From Vicugna vicugna (Eukaryota): DNA of 20,000 bases. The position numbers and the translations under genes are program-made. The notes under the pieces are model-generated. The model was not told the DNA's origin. It was given only the letters and a program-made list of their open reading frames with translations, and ran no database searches. Below, piece by piece: positions 1-11,389 of the stretch. The DNA is taken from positions 137,175 through 157,174 of the forward strand of contig MU057951.1 in assembly GCA_013265495.1 (NCBI GenBank). Reading direction: 5' to 3'. How positions within the stretch are numbered: the first letter of the stretch is position 1; the number at the start of each line of letters is the position of its first letter.

Positions 1-1945
1 TCCAGTGTAGAGCACAATTTTTCAGTTATTCATGAACATATATATATATTCATTGTCATATTTTTTTCTCTGTGAGCTACCATAAGATCTTGTGCATATT
101 TCCCTGTGCTATACAGTATAATCTTGTTTATCTATTCTACAATTTTGAAATCCCATCTATTCCTTCCTACCCTCTGCCCCCTTGGCAATCCCAAATTTGT
201 ATTCTATGTCTATGAGTTTGTTTCTGTTTTGTGTTTATGTTTTCTTTGTTTTTGTTTTTTGATTCCACATATGAGTGATCTCACACGGTATTTTTCTTTC
301 TCTTTCTGGCTTACTTCACTTAGAATGACATTCTCCAGGAGCATCCATGTTGCTGCAAATGGCGTTATGTTGTCTGTTTTTATGGCTGAATAGTATTCCA
401 TTGAATAAATATACCACCTCTTCTTTATCCAGTCATCCGTTGATGGACATTTAGGCTGTCTCCATGTCTTGGCTATTGTAAATAGTGCTGCTATGAACAT
501 TGGGGTGCAGGTGTCATCCTGAAGTAGGGTTCCTTCTGGATACAAGCCCAGGAGTGGGATTCCTGGGTCAAATGTTAAGTCTATTCCTAGTCTTTTGAGG
601 AATCTCCACACTGTTTTCCACAGTGGCTGCACCAAACTGCATTCCCACCAGCAGTGTAGGAGGGTTCCCCTTTCTCCACAGCCTCTCCAGCATTTGTCAT
701 TTGTGGATTTTGGGATAATGGCAATTCTGACTGGTGTGAGGTGATACCTCATTGTAGTTTTGATTTGCATTTCTCTGATAATTAGTGATATTTAGTATTT
801 TCTCATGTGACCATTGATCATTTGTATGTCTTCCATGGAGAATTGTTTGTTTAGGTCTTCTGCCCATTTTTTGGAGTGGGTTGTTTCGTTGTTTCTTATT
901 AAGTCATATGAGCTGCTTATATATTTTGGATATCAAGCCTTTGTCGGTTTCATTTGCAAACATTTTCTCCCATTCCGTAGATTGTATTTTTGTTTTACTT
1001 ATGGTTTCCTTTGCTGTGCAGAAACTTGTAAGTTTCACTAGGTCCCATTTGTATTCTTGCTTTTATTTCTATTGCTTCCATAGACTGTTCTAGGAGAACA
1101 TTTTTGAGATGTATGTCAGATCATGTTTTGCCTATATTTTCTTCTAGGAGGTTGATTGTATCTTTTCTTCTTTTAAAGTCATTGATCCATCTTGAGTTGA
1201 TTTTTGTGTATGGTGTAAGGGAGTGTTCTAGCTTCACTGATTTACATGCTACTGTCAAGTTTTCCCAAAACTATTTGTTGAAGAGACTGTCTTTATTCCA
1301 TTGTATATTCTTAACTCCTTTGTCAAAAATGAGTTGAGCAAAAGTTTGTGGGTTCATGTCTGGGCTCTCTATTCTGTTCCATTGGTCTATATGTCTGCTT
1401 TTGTACCAATACCATGCTGTCTTGATGACTGTAGCTCTATAGTATTGTCTGAAGTTTGGGAGAGTTATTCCTCCAGTTTCTTTCTTTCTCTTCAGTAATT
1501 CTTTGGCAATTTTAGGTCTTTGATGGTTCCACATAAATTTTATTATGATTTGTTCTATTTCTGTGAAATATGCCCTGTGTAATTTGATAGGGATTGCATT
1601 AAATCTGTAGATTGCCTCGGGCAGTGTGACCATTTAAACAATATTGATTCTTCAAATCCAAGAGTATGGGATATCTTTCCGTTTTTTAAAGCCTTCTTTA
1701 ATTTCCTTCATCAATGGTTTATAGTTTTCTGTGTATAATTCTTTCACCTTCTTGGTTAAGTTTATTCTAGATATTTTACTACTTTGGGTGCTATTTTAAA
1801 GGGGATTGTTTCTTTACTTTCTTTTTCTGTTGATTCATAGTTAGTGTAAAGGAATGCAACTGATTTTTGAATGTTAATCTTGTAACCTGCTACCTTGCTG
1901 AGTTCTTCGATCAGCTCTAGTAGTTTTTGTGTTGAGCTTATAGGG
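1..1945 (-). mobile_element. Young 5'-truncated LINE-1: 3' part of ORF2 (from just after the RT FADD motif to the C-terminus) plus 3'UTR; 3' terminus lies left of the window
   Basis: Minus-strand ORFs 1271-1633 ([14 protein letters not shown]...[21 protein letters not shown]) and 210-770 ([15 protein letters not shown]...[29 protein letters not shown]...SLICGI) are typical L1 ORF2p C-terminal sequence; 1-260 is L1 3'UTR; minus-strand L1 similarity ends at about 1945 (gagcttataggg). Confidence 0.96.
210..770 (-). pseudogene. L1 ORF2p C-terminal cysteine-rich segment, open over 186 codons but part of a truncated element
   Basis: C-x3-C-x7-H-x4-C motif [18 protein letters not shown]; the usual stop after ICGI is absent so the frame runs into the A-rich 3'UTR. 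Confidence 0.9.
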
Positions 1946-2541
1946 CACTCTTACCACTCTCATTCAATATAATATCAGAAGTACTGGCTAGAGCAACCAG
2001 GCAAATTTTTAAAATGACATCCAACTCAGAAATGATTGTATATATAGAAAATCCTAAAACCAAATTAAATTAATTATTAAATTCTGGAAAGTTTCAGATC
2101 AAAAAAATTAACATACCGATATCACTTTTATTTCTATACATTAACAATGAAATATATTAAAATATTTAAAAAGCATTCTCATTTACAGCATTAAAAATAA
2201 TACAATAATTTATAAACTTAAACAAGGAAGTGAAAGATTTATATAGTGAAAAATACAAGACTTTAATTAAAGAAATTGAAGAAGACATAAACAAATATAA
2301 AGATATCCTGTGATTAAGGATCAGAATAATTAATATTGTTAAAAAGTCCATACTACCAAAAGTAATTACAGATTGAATAGCTCCTTATTAGGACTCCAAT
2401 AACATTTTTCACACAAATAGAAAAAAAATCCTAACATTTATATGGACCCACAAGTGTGATAAATGATACAAAGCAATCCTAAGAAAAACTGGAGGTATTA
2501 CACTTCTTGATTTTAAACTATATAACAGAGTTTAAGTTTTC

Positions 2542-2864
2542 AAAACAGCATGCAAGTACACAGTATTTGCATAGAATACAGTACACAGAACATAGAATAC
2601 AGAAAACAGAATATAGAATACAGAATACAGAACAGGGAATGTAGAATATAGAAAACAGAATTTAGAATAAAGAATACAGAATACAGAATGCAGAACACAA
2701 AATATAGAATATAGAAAACAGAATACAGTGTATAGAATACAGAACACAGAATGTAGAATACAGATCACAGAACACAGAATGTAGAAACAGAAAGTAGAAT
2801 TTAGAAATCAGAATGTAGAATATAGAACACAGAATACAGAACATAGAAAAAAAACAGCATGCAA
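2542..2864 (+). other. 14-bp direct repeat AAAACAGCATGCAA (2542-2555 and 2851-2864) bracketing the heptamer array; probable target-site duplication
   Basis: Two identical 14-mers; an A-run leads into the right copy; L1 ORF2 sequence continues after 2864. Confidence 0.8.
2571..2850. repeat. Degenerate heptamer tandem array, consensus (ACAGAAT)n with ATAGAAT/GTAGAAT/ACAGAAC variants, about 40 units
   Basis: Direct reading: atagaat acagtac acagaac atagaat acagaaa acagaat atagaat acagaat...; 7-bp phase kept throughout apart from one 6-bp unit near 2788. Confidence 0.95.
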
Positions 2865-4624
2865 ATAGAAAAAATTGTCATATTGATCAATTGAATAGTA
2901 TTGATAGTCCATAAACAAACTCCCCTGTATATTGTCAACTAATATTTGACAAGGAAGTCATGACTAATCAATGGTGAAATGATAGTCTCTTCAGTAAATG
3001 GTGGGGAGAAAACTAGATTACCATGTGCAGAAAAATGAAATCATATCCCTATCTTACACCACTAAGAAAAATCAACTAGAAATGGATTACAGATTTATTT
3101 GATACCTGAAACTTAAAACTCCTAGAAGAAAACAGGGAAAAAACTTTAAGACATTGGCCTTGGGGAAAAACTGATTTGACATCAAATGCACAAGCAATAA
3201 AGGCAAAAACCAATAAATAAAATTACATCCAACTAAGAAGCTTCTGCACAGCAATAAAACTAATCAATACAATGAACTAGCATCCTACTTAATTGGAGAA
3301 AATATTTCCAAGTCATATATTTGACAAAGCATTATTATCCAAAGTATGTTTTTAAAAACTCAGACAGCCTTCAGCAAAGAAAAGACTAAGTGTCTTCACT
3401 GATGTATTCTACCAAACATTTAAGGAAGCATTAGTATCAATCCTTAAACTCTTCCATAAAACAGAATAGCAAGAAAATTTTTAACTCAATTTTTGAAGTC
3501 AGCATTACTCTCATACCAAATTCATACAAGAACACTGCAAGAATACAAAAAATTATAGGTCAATATTCCTGATGAGCATAGATGCAAAGATTCTAAACAA
3601 AAGATAAAAATTTGAGTTTAACAATACATTAAAAATATCTTACACCATGATCAAGTGAGATTTATTTCTGCAATATTAGTCTGGCTCAAAATATTTAAAT
3701 TGATAAGTGTGACATACTACATTAACAAAATAAACTATAAAAATATTATCTAAATATATGCAGAAAAAAGCATTTGACAGAATTTAAGATCCTTCAATGA
3801 CAAGAACTCTCAAGAAATAACCTTGAAGAAATAAACCTTAACATAATAAAGGCAACATATGACAAGCCCAGATTTAACACCAAACTCAGTGTTGAAAAGC
3901 TGAAAGCATTTTTTCTAATATCAGAGCAAGACAAGGGTGAATAATCTCATTCTTTCCATTAAACATTATACTGGAAATCCTAGCAAGAGCAATTAGAAAA
4001 GAGAAAGAAACAAAATACATCTAAATTGAAAATAAAAATGTAAAATTGTCTCTGCAGTTGTCATAATTTTATATATAGAATATCTTAAACATTCCACTAA
4101 AACACTGTTAAAACTAATAAACAAATTCAGCAAAATTCAGGATGCTAAATCAACATTCAAGACAGTTTAATTTATATACACTAACACTATGTTATCTTGC
4201 CATATTAATAAAGCAAACCTATTTACTACAGCCTCAATAGCATCGAAAATAATATAATAGGTAGTAATAAATTTAACCAAGGAGGTAAAAAAATCTGTAA
4301 ATAAAAATTGTAAAAAATTGATTAAATAAATCTAGTAAGGCACAAATAAATGGAAAAACATCTTGTGTTCATGAAATGGAAAAATTAATTTGTTAAATTT
4401 TCCATTCTACTGAAAACAATATACAGACTCAATGGGATCCTTATGGAAATTTCAGGGGCATTATTTACAAAAATAGAAAAAAAGTAATTCTAAAATTTGT
4501 ATGCAAAAATACACCTTAAATAACTAAGAAAATCTAAAGCAAGAAAGACAAATCCAGCAGCCTCACACTTTTTTCCCTTTGAAGTATATTACAAAACTAT
4601 AGTAAATAAAAGAATAAAGTACAG

Positions 4625-5475
4625 AAGACATATAGATGACCAGCAGGTACAGGAAAAGATGCTCAACATTCCTAATTATTAGAGAATTGCAAATCAAAAC
4701 TGCAGTGAGGTACCATATCACCCCAGTAAGAATGGGCATCATCAAAATGTCTACAAATAATAAATGCTGGAGAGGCTATAGAAAAAAGGGTATTCTGCTA
4801 CACTGTTGGTGGGAATGTAAATTGGTGCAGCCACTATGGAGAACAGTATGGAGGTCCCTTAAATAACTAAACACAGAGTTACCATATGCTCTAGCAATCC
4901 TGGGCGTAGAGTTGGAAAAGATGAAAATTCTAGTTCAAAAAGATACACTCACCACAGTGTTCATAGCATCACTATTTGCAATAGTCAAGACATATAAACA
5001 ACCTAAATGTCCACTGAAAGATGAATGGATAAAGAAGATATAATATATATATTACACAATGGAATATTAGCCATAAAAAGAATGAAGTAATGTTATTTTC
5101 AACAACATGGATGGATCTAGAGATTATCATACTAAATGAAACCAAACAAAGACAGCTATTATATAATGTCTCTTATATGTGGAATCTAAAAAAAGGACAT
5201 AAATGAACTTATTTACAAAACAGAAATAGACTTGCCAACATAGAAAACAAGCTTATTACTGAAGGGGAAAGTGGTGGATAAATTAGGGATTTGGGATTAG
5301 CAGATACACACTGCTATATATAAAATAGATAGACAATAAGAACCTACCATATGGCACAGGAAGCTATATTCAGTATCTTGAAAGAACCTATCATGGGAAA
5401 GAATCTGATAATTATGAATCACTTTGCTGTGTACCTGAAACATTGCAAGTCAACTATACTTCAATAAATTAGAAA
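4625..5475 (+). mobile_element. Intermediate-age 5'-truncated L1 (ORF2 C-terminus plus cetartiodactyl-type 3'UTR) nested inside the 3368-6787 element
   Basis: ORF 4636-4866 [22 protein letters not shown]...CWRGY...[26 protein letters not shown] at 5463-5468 followed by a short A tail; imperfect flanking repeat aaaagaataaagtacag (4608-4624) / aaaagtatagtacag (5476-5490). Confidence 0.9.
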
Positions 5476-6467
5476 AAAAGTATAGTACAGGCATAAAATC
5501 AAACCATTGGAATAAAAGAAGGAGTCTAGAAATAATATCTCATATATATGGTCAACTAATTTTTGACAAAGTTTCCAACAATACAAAATGGGGAAAGGAT
5601 AGTGTCTTCAATAGCTGTTGCTGGGAAAATTGCATCTATAATGCAAAAATTAAAATAGGATCTTATTTCTATTCCATACAGAAAAAATCAACTCAAAATA
5701 TATTAGCCTTGAAACTTTAAAACTCCTTGGAGAAACAGCAGAAAAAACTCCTTGACATTGTTCTTGGCAAAGAATTTTTTGGATATTATACCAAAAGCAC
5801 AAACAACAAAAGCAAAAATAAACAAGACATCAGACTAAAAAAACTTCTGCACAACAGAGGAAACAATCAACAAAACAAGAGGGCAACATATGGAATGGGA
5901 GAAAATATTTACAAACCCTATATCTAATAAGGAGTAAGTATCCAAAATGTATATGGAACTCATACAATTCAGTAGCATAAAAATTTAACCTTATTAAAAA
6001 ATGGATGAAGGACCTGAAAAAAGACATTTCCAAAGAAGACATAAAAATAGTCAAAATGTATATAAAAAGACGTTCAACATTACAGTCATCAAGAAAATGC
6101 AGATCTCTACTATAATGAGATATCATCTCATACCTGTTAGGATACCTATTATTAAAAAGTCAAAAGATAAAATGTTTTAACCAGGATGAGAAGAAAAAAA
6201 AATACTTGTGTGTTGGTAGTAATATAAATTGGTACAGACATTATGTAATACATTAAGGAATTTTCTCAAAAAATTAAAAAATAAAATTGCCATATGATCA
6301 AGATCACCTCTGGGTATTGTATTCAAAGGAAATTAAACCAGTATCTTGAAGAGGTATCTGCACTCTCAAGTTTATTGTAACATTTTCACACTAGTCTAGA
6401 TACATAAACATTCTAAATGTCTGTTTATAAATCAGTGGGTGAGAAAATATGGTATTACTAAATATGT

Positions 6468-6492
6468 CTATCTATCTATGTATCTATCTATC
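6468..6492. repeat. Short imperfect (TATC)n microsatellite
   Basis: ctatctatctatgtatctatctatc. Confidence 0.7.
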
Positions 6493-6789
6493 AATAGTAA
6501 AATATTACTCAGCCTTAAGGAAGAAGGAAACCCTGTCATTTGCACCAACATGATGGAAACTGGTGAACATTATGCTAAGTGAAATAACCTAAATATAGAG
6601 AGACAGAATATCACATAATCTTACTTATATGTGGAATTTCAAAAGAAAGAGTCCATCTCATTGAAATAGAGAGTAGAAAGGTAGTTACCAGTATCTGGGG
6701 CTAATTTCATTTTGTTATGAAATTCTCAACCAGGTAAAATATGTACATGTTTTATTTGTCAATTTTACCTCAATAAAGCTAAAAAAGGA

Positions 6790-7340
6790 AATACAATATA
6801 ACATATAATAAATGAAGTTACAATGAAAATTAAAAGATATCCTAGAAAATCTCCTTAATGCCTAAAATGCAGTAATGGGGCTATAAATGTATTTTAAAAA
6901 TAAGACATTTAGAAATGCAATAACAAAATAGCAGTAAATATTATCTTACCTATTATTGCATTACATGTTAATGGATAAAACACTCCAAGTTAAATATTGG
7001 TAGAATTGATTTTTGTAAAGGATTCAACTATATCCTATTTATACAAAACATGATTTAGACTAAAAGACACAAATGGGTTGAAAGTAATAGGATGAAAAAA
7101 TCATATCCAAAATCAAATGAGATTAACTGTACTAATAAAAGCAAAACTTTAAGACAAAAACCGATACTATAGACACAGGCGACATTGTATAATGACAAAA
7201 TATTCAATATGAAATATGTAACACTTATAAACATATGTGAAAATCACTTCAGGCTCCAAAGTACATGGAGAATAGAACTGTTGGAATGGAAGGGAAAAAA
7301 AGATAATTCAGCAATTATACTTAGAAAGTTAAATTTTATC
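6790..7340 (+). mobile_element. Very old L1 fragment: inter-ORF region and N-terminal endonuclease part of ORF2
   Basis: cctattattgcattacatgttaatggataaaacactccaag (remnant of SIITLNVNGLNSP), gattcaactatatcct (DPTIC-like), aaagacacaaatgggttgaaagtaataggatga (KDT..LKVKGW-like). Confidence 0.7.
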
Positions 7341-7439
7341 ATTGATTGTTACAGGAGATACAGGATATGTGCAGAGCCTCAAAGATTCTACCCCAAAATA
7401 TTTATTAACTCCTATGAAGATTTTTAAATTCCTGAAATA

Positions 7440-8030
7440 TTCTCCCTACAGGAAGTGGAGTTTAATTCCAGTCTCTTTGAATTCAAATTTGATTGAGGTC
7501 CTGGATTTCACATAAAATATTATAAAACTGGGGAAAGAAGTAACTTCCAGTAGTGAAACCACCTTACCAAATGATCAGTGTTTGCATTATCAGTAATTAA
7601 ATCATGTTAACATAATGTATCCCTTGATAATATGCAATGAGAAGGACACATCACCTCTGTGATATTCTTTTTATATATTACAGAATTATTGTTCCACTAT
7701 TTTATTTTATTTTTTTCTGAAGTACAGTCAATTACAATGTGTCAATCTCTGATGTAAAACACAATGCCCAGTCATGCATATAAAGAAGTTATGGTACATA
7801 TATACAATGGAATACCTCTGTGATATTCTCGCCAAAAATATAAAACTCCACTTGTTCACAAGAAAAACATCAGACAATCTTAAATCGATAGGTATTCTAC
7901 AAAATACCTAATAAATACTCCTTGAAAGTTTCAAGGTCAAAAAAATAGAAAGCCTGAAAAACTCACTGAGGTGACTAAAAAGGCATAATAAATAATGGAA
8001 CAAGGTACTGAATTGGGTCCTGACAGAAAA
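7440..8030 (+). mobile_element. Ancient L1M (L1MC/L1ME-like) 3' region, host of the 7669-7813 insertion
   Basis: Recognised from memory of old L1 3' ends: atgagaaggacacatcacctctgtgatattc, agaaaaacatcagacaa, attctacaaaatacc, tcaaggtca; subfamily not verified. Confidence 0.6.
7669..7813 (-). mobile_element. 145-bp young L1 insertion with 16-bp TSD, inverted 5' segment and short 3' extra sequence
   Basis: acctctgtgatattct occurs at 7653-7668 and 7814-7829; 7700-7782 is a minus-strand L1 3' terminus with T-rich tail; 7780-7815 is + strand ORF2 sequence ataaagaagttatggtacatatatacaatggaatac (IKKLWYIYTMEY). Confidence 0.88.
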
Positions 8031-8044
8031 CAAACAAAGAGTAT

Positions 8045-8808
8045 TCATTTTGCAAACAATAGGGAAAAATGAAGAAGAACAAAGTTGGAGTATTTACACT
8101 ATCAAATTTAAAACGCTGTACAAATCTACACTAATTAAGATAATATGCTAATATCACAAGGTTAGACAGATGTATATAACAGAATAGAGTACCAAAACAT
8201 AACCACTATAGGCTAAATTAATTTTTATAAGAGACACCAGTAGAATATAGTGATGAAATAAATGTTTTTAAATAAATTTTGCTGGACTAATTGGGATAAC
8301 ACTATTGAAAAATTGCCTGTCTATCTATCTTGACTCATACATCACACTCTAAACAAAAATTATCTCAAAGTGGATTAGGATGTAAACATAAAAGTCAAAA
8401 CTGTTAAGTTTCTTTTTTTAACTATAAAATTTCTAGAAAACTTATAGGATGATATCTTTGGGCTTTTGGGGTGTGATATCTCTTAAAATGAAAAAAAATG
8501 AATAAAGTGGATTTGCCTATTAAACCTTTTCCTCTTGAAATAAATACAGCATTACAAAAGTAAATAAGTAACACAAAGACAAGGAAAAAATATACAATAC
8601 ATATATCTGATAAATAATTTGTCTTCAGAATATATATAAAAATATTTTACAACAAAGTTGTAGTAAGACAAAGAACTCAATAAAAATGAGAGAAAATACT
8701 TGAAAGAGACATTTGACAAAAAAAGAGCCACTAATCACATAAAAAAATGTGCTCAACATGGTTAGTTTTCAAGGAAATGTAAACTGAATCCTAATGAGAA
8801 TGTGATAT
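8045..8808 (+). mobile_element. Very old L1 ORF2 C-terminal fragment
   Basis: gaagaagaacaaagttggagtatttacactatcaaattt (KKNKVGG.TL-like), acagaatagag (RIE), tgctcaacatggttagttttcaaggaaatgtaaa (CST...REMQ-like). Confidence 0.7.
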
Positions 8809-8811
8809 CAG

Positions 8812-9170
8812 CATTCTGGCAGAATAGGAGTCTCAAAGTTCTAGTTCCTCCATGGAAAGAAAGCAACAAGCAGAAATTGAGAAACAATTTCATTAGAACT
8901 CTGGAAAATAGTCAAAATGTACAATGATCAAGCAAATGCTAAATCAAGAAAAAGGCTCTTCAAAACTTCAGAAATGTTTGTGTTTATTCTATTTGCCCTT
9001 ACCAGACCCCTTTGAGGAACAAGAGTGGTTTAGTTTTGGAAGCCACAACAACTTGCATTTCCAGTGTGGGAAACAGTTCCTTTGTTCTGGAGGTATAACA
9101 CCAAACTTCAATAAAAATTACTGTACTTGTCTGTTCTAAACTAGGCACTGCCCAAAGGACTAGCACAAGG
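8812..9170 (+). mobile_element. Old L1M 5'UTR fragment
   Basis: Begins tggcagaatagg (decayed L1 start motif); agaactctggaaaatagtcaaa...aatgctaaatcaagaaaaagg resembles old L1M 5' ends from memory. Confidence 0.5.
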
Positions 9171-9919
9171 GTTCAGGACAAAAAAGCAGGAAGAATTAAA
9201 AAGAGGTTTCTGGGAAGATGGTGGAATAAGAAGCATCACAAGTCTATCTCCACCTAAACATAATTGCACTAACAGAATCTGTCTGATGTGACTCTTTTGG
9301 AACTTCAGAGAATATTGAAAGTTTGCAATTTCCAGATAAAGTCTTGGGCAGTGAGCTGCGATACATTTTGTTTAATATAACTCTTAGGATTGGAGTTAGT
9401 ATCCACCTCCTACCTCCATCCCCATGGAAGGAAGGAAGATGTGCATAATTTTCCATAGCAACTTGTATGACTCTGTCCTCCAAATATTCAGGAACTGTAC
9501 TCTGATTGCTGCTGGTGATTATAGAGATAAAGAAATTATGCAGATGATGATATCATTGTTGCAAGCTTCTTCCCATCAAGTTGAGTGACTTTCAGGATAT
9601 TTAAAGAGTTACCACATTCCCTTCCCCCACCTTTTTTTTTCTCTTTTGGGAGCCAGACATTAAAGACCAGAGCATCACAATAAACTGTATATGCAAAAAA
9701 TTAGGGCATGCCTCTGCATGCCCAGCAAAAGATTCAGAAACTTCTGAGAAGACATTAAATGTGCACCTCAGACTGATGCTCAGCACAGAGATAACCTATA
9801 AAAAAATTAAAGCCAATAATCAAAAACCATGAAAACCTCTAAACCTTAGAGAAGGGATATAATCTGATCTCTAAATATATAATATTAGATTTAAATATCC
9901 AGTTTTCAACAAGAAAATC

Positions 9920-10831
9920 ACAGGACATACAAAAAACAGGAAAGTATCACTCATTCAAAGGGAAAAATTAACTAAAACTGTCCCTGTAAAAGTTCTGATG
10001 GTAGCTATGTTTGACAAAAGACTTTAAACAACTGTCTGAAAGATGCTCAAAGAACTAAAGGAAGGTGTGGAGAATGTCAATCAAACAATGTATGAACAAA
10101 AAGGGAATATCAGTAAAGAAATATAAAAATTAAAAAGAAATCAAAGGAAATTCTGAAGCTGAAATATACAATACTTGAAATAAAAAATTCACTAGAGGAA
10201 ATATAAGGTAGATTTGTAAAAAGCAAAAGAAAGAATTCATGAATTTGAAGGTAGGACAATGAATATTATCAAGCCCGAAGAACAGAAAAAAAAAAAGACT
10301 GAAGAACAATGAACAAAATATAAGGAAATTGTGGGAAGCCATTAAGTAAATCAATACACATATTGTAGAAGTCATAAAAAGGAAACAAGAAAGAAAGAGG
10401 AAGAGAATATTTGAAAAAAATAATGGATAAATTGAAAATTTTGATGAAACACATGAATATAAACATTCAAGAACCTCAAAATTTATGAGTAAGATGAACT
10501 CAAAGAGACCCACAATGAGACATATTATATTTACTTCAAAACACAAAGGCAGATACTCTTCAAAGCAGCAAGAGAGAAGAAAATTTTTACAACATACATG
10601 GGATCCTTCATAAGATTATCATCATATTTTCATCAGAAACTTTGGAGACTAAAATGTAATGGGTTGATATGTTCAAATTACAAAAGAAAAAAAATGTCAA
10701 CAAGAATCCTATATCTGGTAAAAATTCCCTTCAAAAGTGGTGAAGAATTTAAGACATTTCTGGATAAACAAAAGCTGAGAGATTTTCTTACCACTATATT
10801 TTCCCTGCAGGGTGAAATAAAAGGATATTAA
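9920..10831 (+). pseudogene. Decayed L1 ORF1 of the 9205-15445 element
   Basis: gatgctcaaagaactaaagg, agacccacaatgagacatattata (RPT.RHII), aaagcagcaagagagaag (KAAREK), ORF 10598-10831 IRLSSYF...RILYLVKIPFKSGEEFKTFLDKQKLRDFLTT. Confidence 0.82.
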
Positions 10832-11389
10832 ATAGTAGCTTGAATGTGAGTAAGAAATAAAGACCTTGATAAAAGTAAATAGAGTATGTAAATAAAGGTA
10901 AAATCTAGTATTATTCTAACAATGGTTTGTAACTCCGCTTTTTGTTTTCTACATGATTTAAGGGATTAATACATTTAAAGACAAACTATATGTCTCAAAA
11001 CTGATATTGCAAGTGTTGTTTGTGTTTTATATAAGAGACTAAAGCAATTAAAAGAATTATTAGTTTATATTTTTGGCCCCACAGTATATAATGATATAAT
11101 AATGTGACATCAACTACTGAACTAGTGAAAGGGATGGGGTGAAATTGTAAAAGGCCAGAGTTTTTGTAGTATTATTGAAATCAAGTTGGTACAAATTCAA
11201 ATAAGAATGGTATAACTTTAGAATGTTAAAATATAATCCACTTGGTAACCAAAATGAAAAACACTATAGACTGCAGGGAAAATAAAATGAGAAAGAAATT
11301 TAAATATTTCACTACCCCAAAATCAACTGAACCCAAAGAACACAGTAATGCAAGACATAATTAACAAGAAAGCTATTAGAAACAAATAG

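Larger units (their letters stand above)
1946..3367 (+). mobile_element. Old, heavily decayed L1 ORF2 fragment (RT end to C-terminal region) interrupted by the heptamer insertion
   Basis: Starts cactcttaccactctcattcaatataatatcagaagtactggctagagcaaccaggcaa (remnant of [20 protein letters not shown]); atatatagaaaatcctaaa (YIENPK); aagcttctgcacagcaa (KSFCTA); many stops and indels. Confidence 0.88.
3368..6787 (+). mobile_element. Old 5'-truncated L1 (ORF2 from start of the RT domain to 3'UTR and poly(A) signal), interrupted at 4625-5475 by a nested L1
   Basis: ttctaccaaacatttaaggaag (FYQTFKE), gcagaaaaaagcatttgac (AEKAFD), agacaagggtga (RQG), resumes at 5491 gcataaaatc; aacttctgcacaacagaggaaacaatcaac; ends cctcaataaagctaaaaaa at about 6768-6787. 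Confidence 0.88.

Noticed and set aside
1900..2060. Strand switch at 1945/1946 as a twin-priming inversion of a single L1
   Set aside because: The + segment runs far past the breakpoint coordinate, overlaps the same ORF2 region as the minus segment and is much more decayed; better explained as a young L1 inserted in an old one.
2571..2850. CRISPR-like or coding interpretation of the periodic array (ORFs 2532-2768 and 2662-2844)
   Set aside because: No repeat-spacer structure or cas genes; the ORFs are the stop-poor antisense reading of a 7-mer repeat (ILYSVFC-like periodicity).
10130..10546. 138-aa hydrophobic minus-strand ORF as a membrane protein
   Set aside because: Phe/Leu/Ile richness comes from reading the A-rich L1 ORF1 antisense; the same holds for 106-393, 814-1498 and 5830-6126 relative to ORF2/3'UTR.
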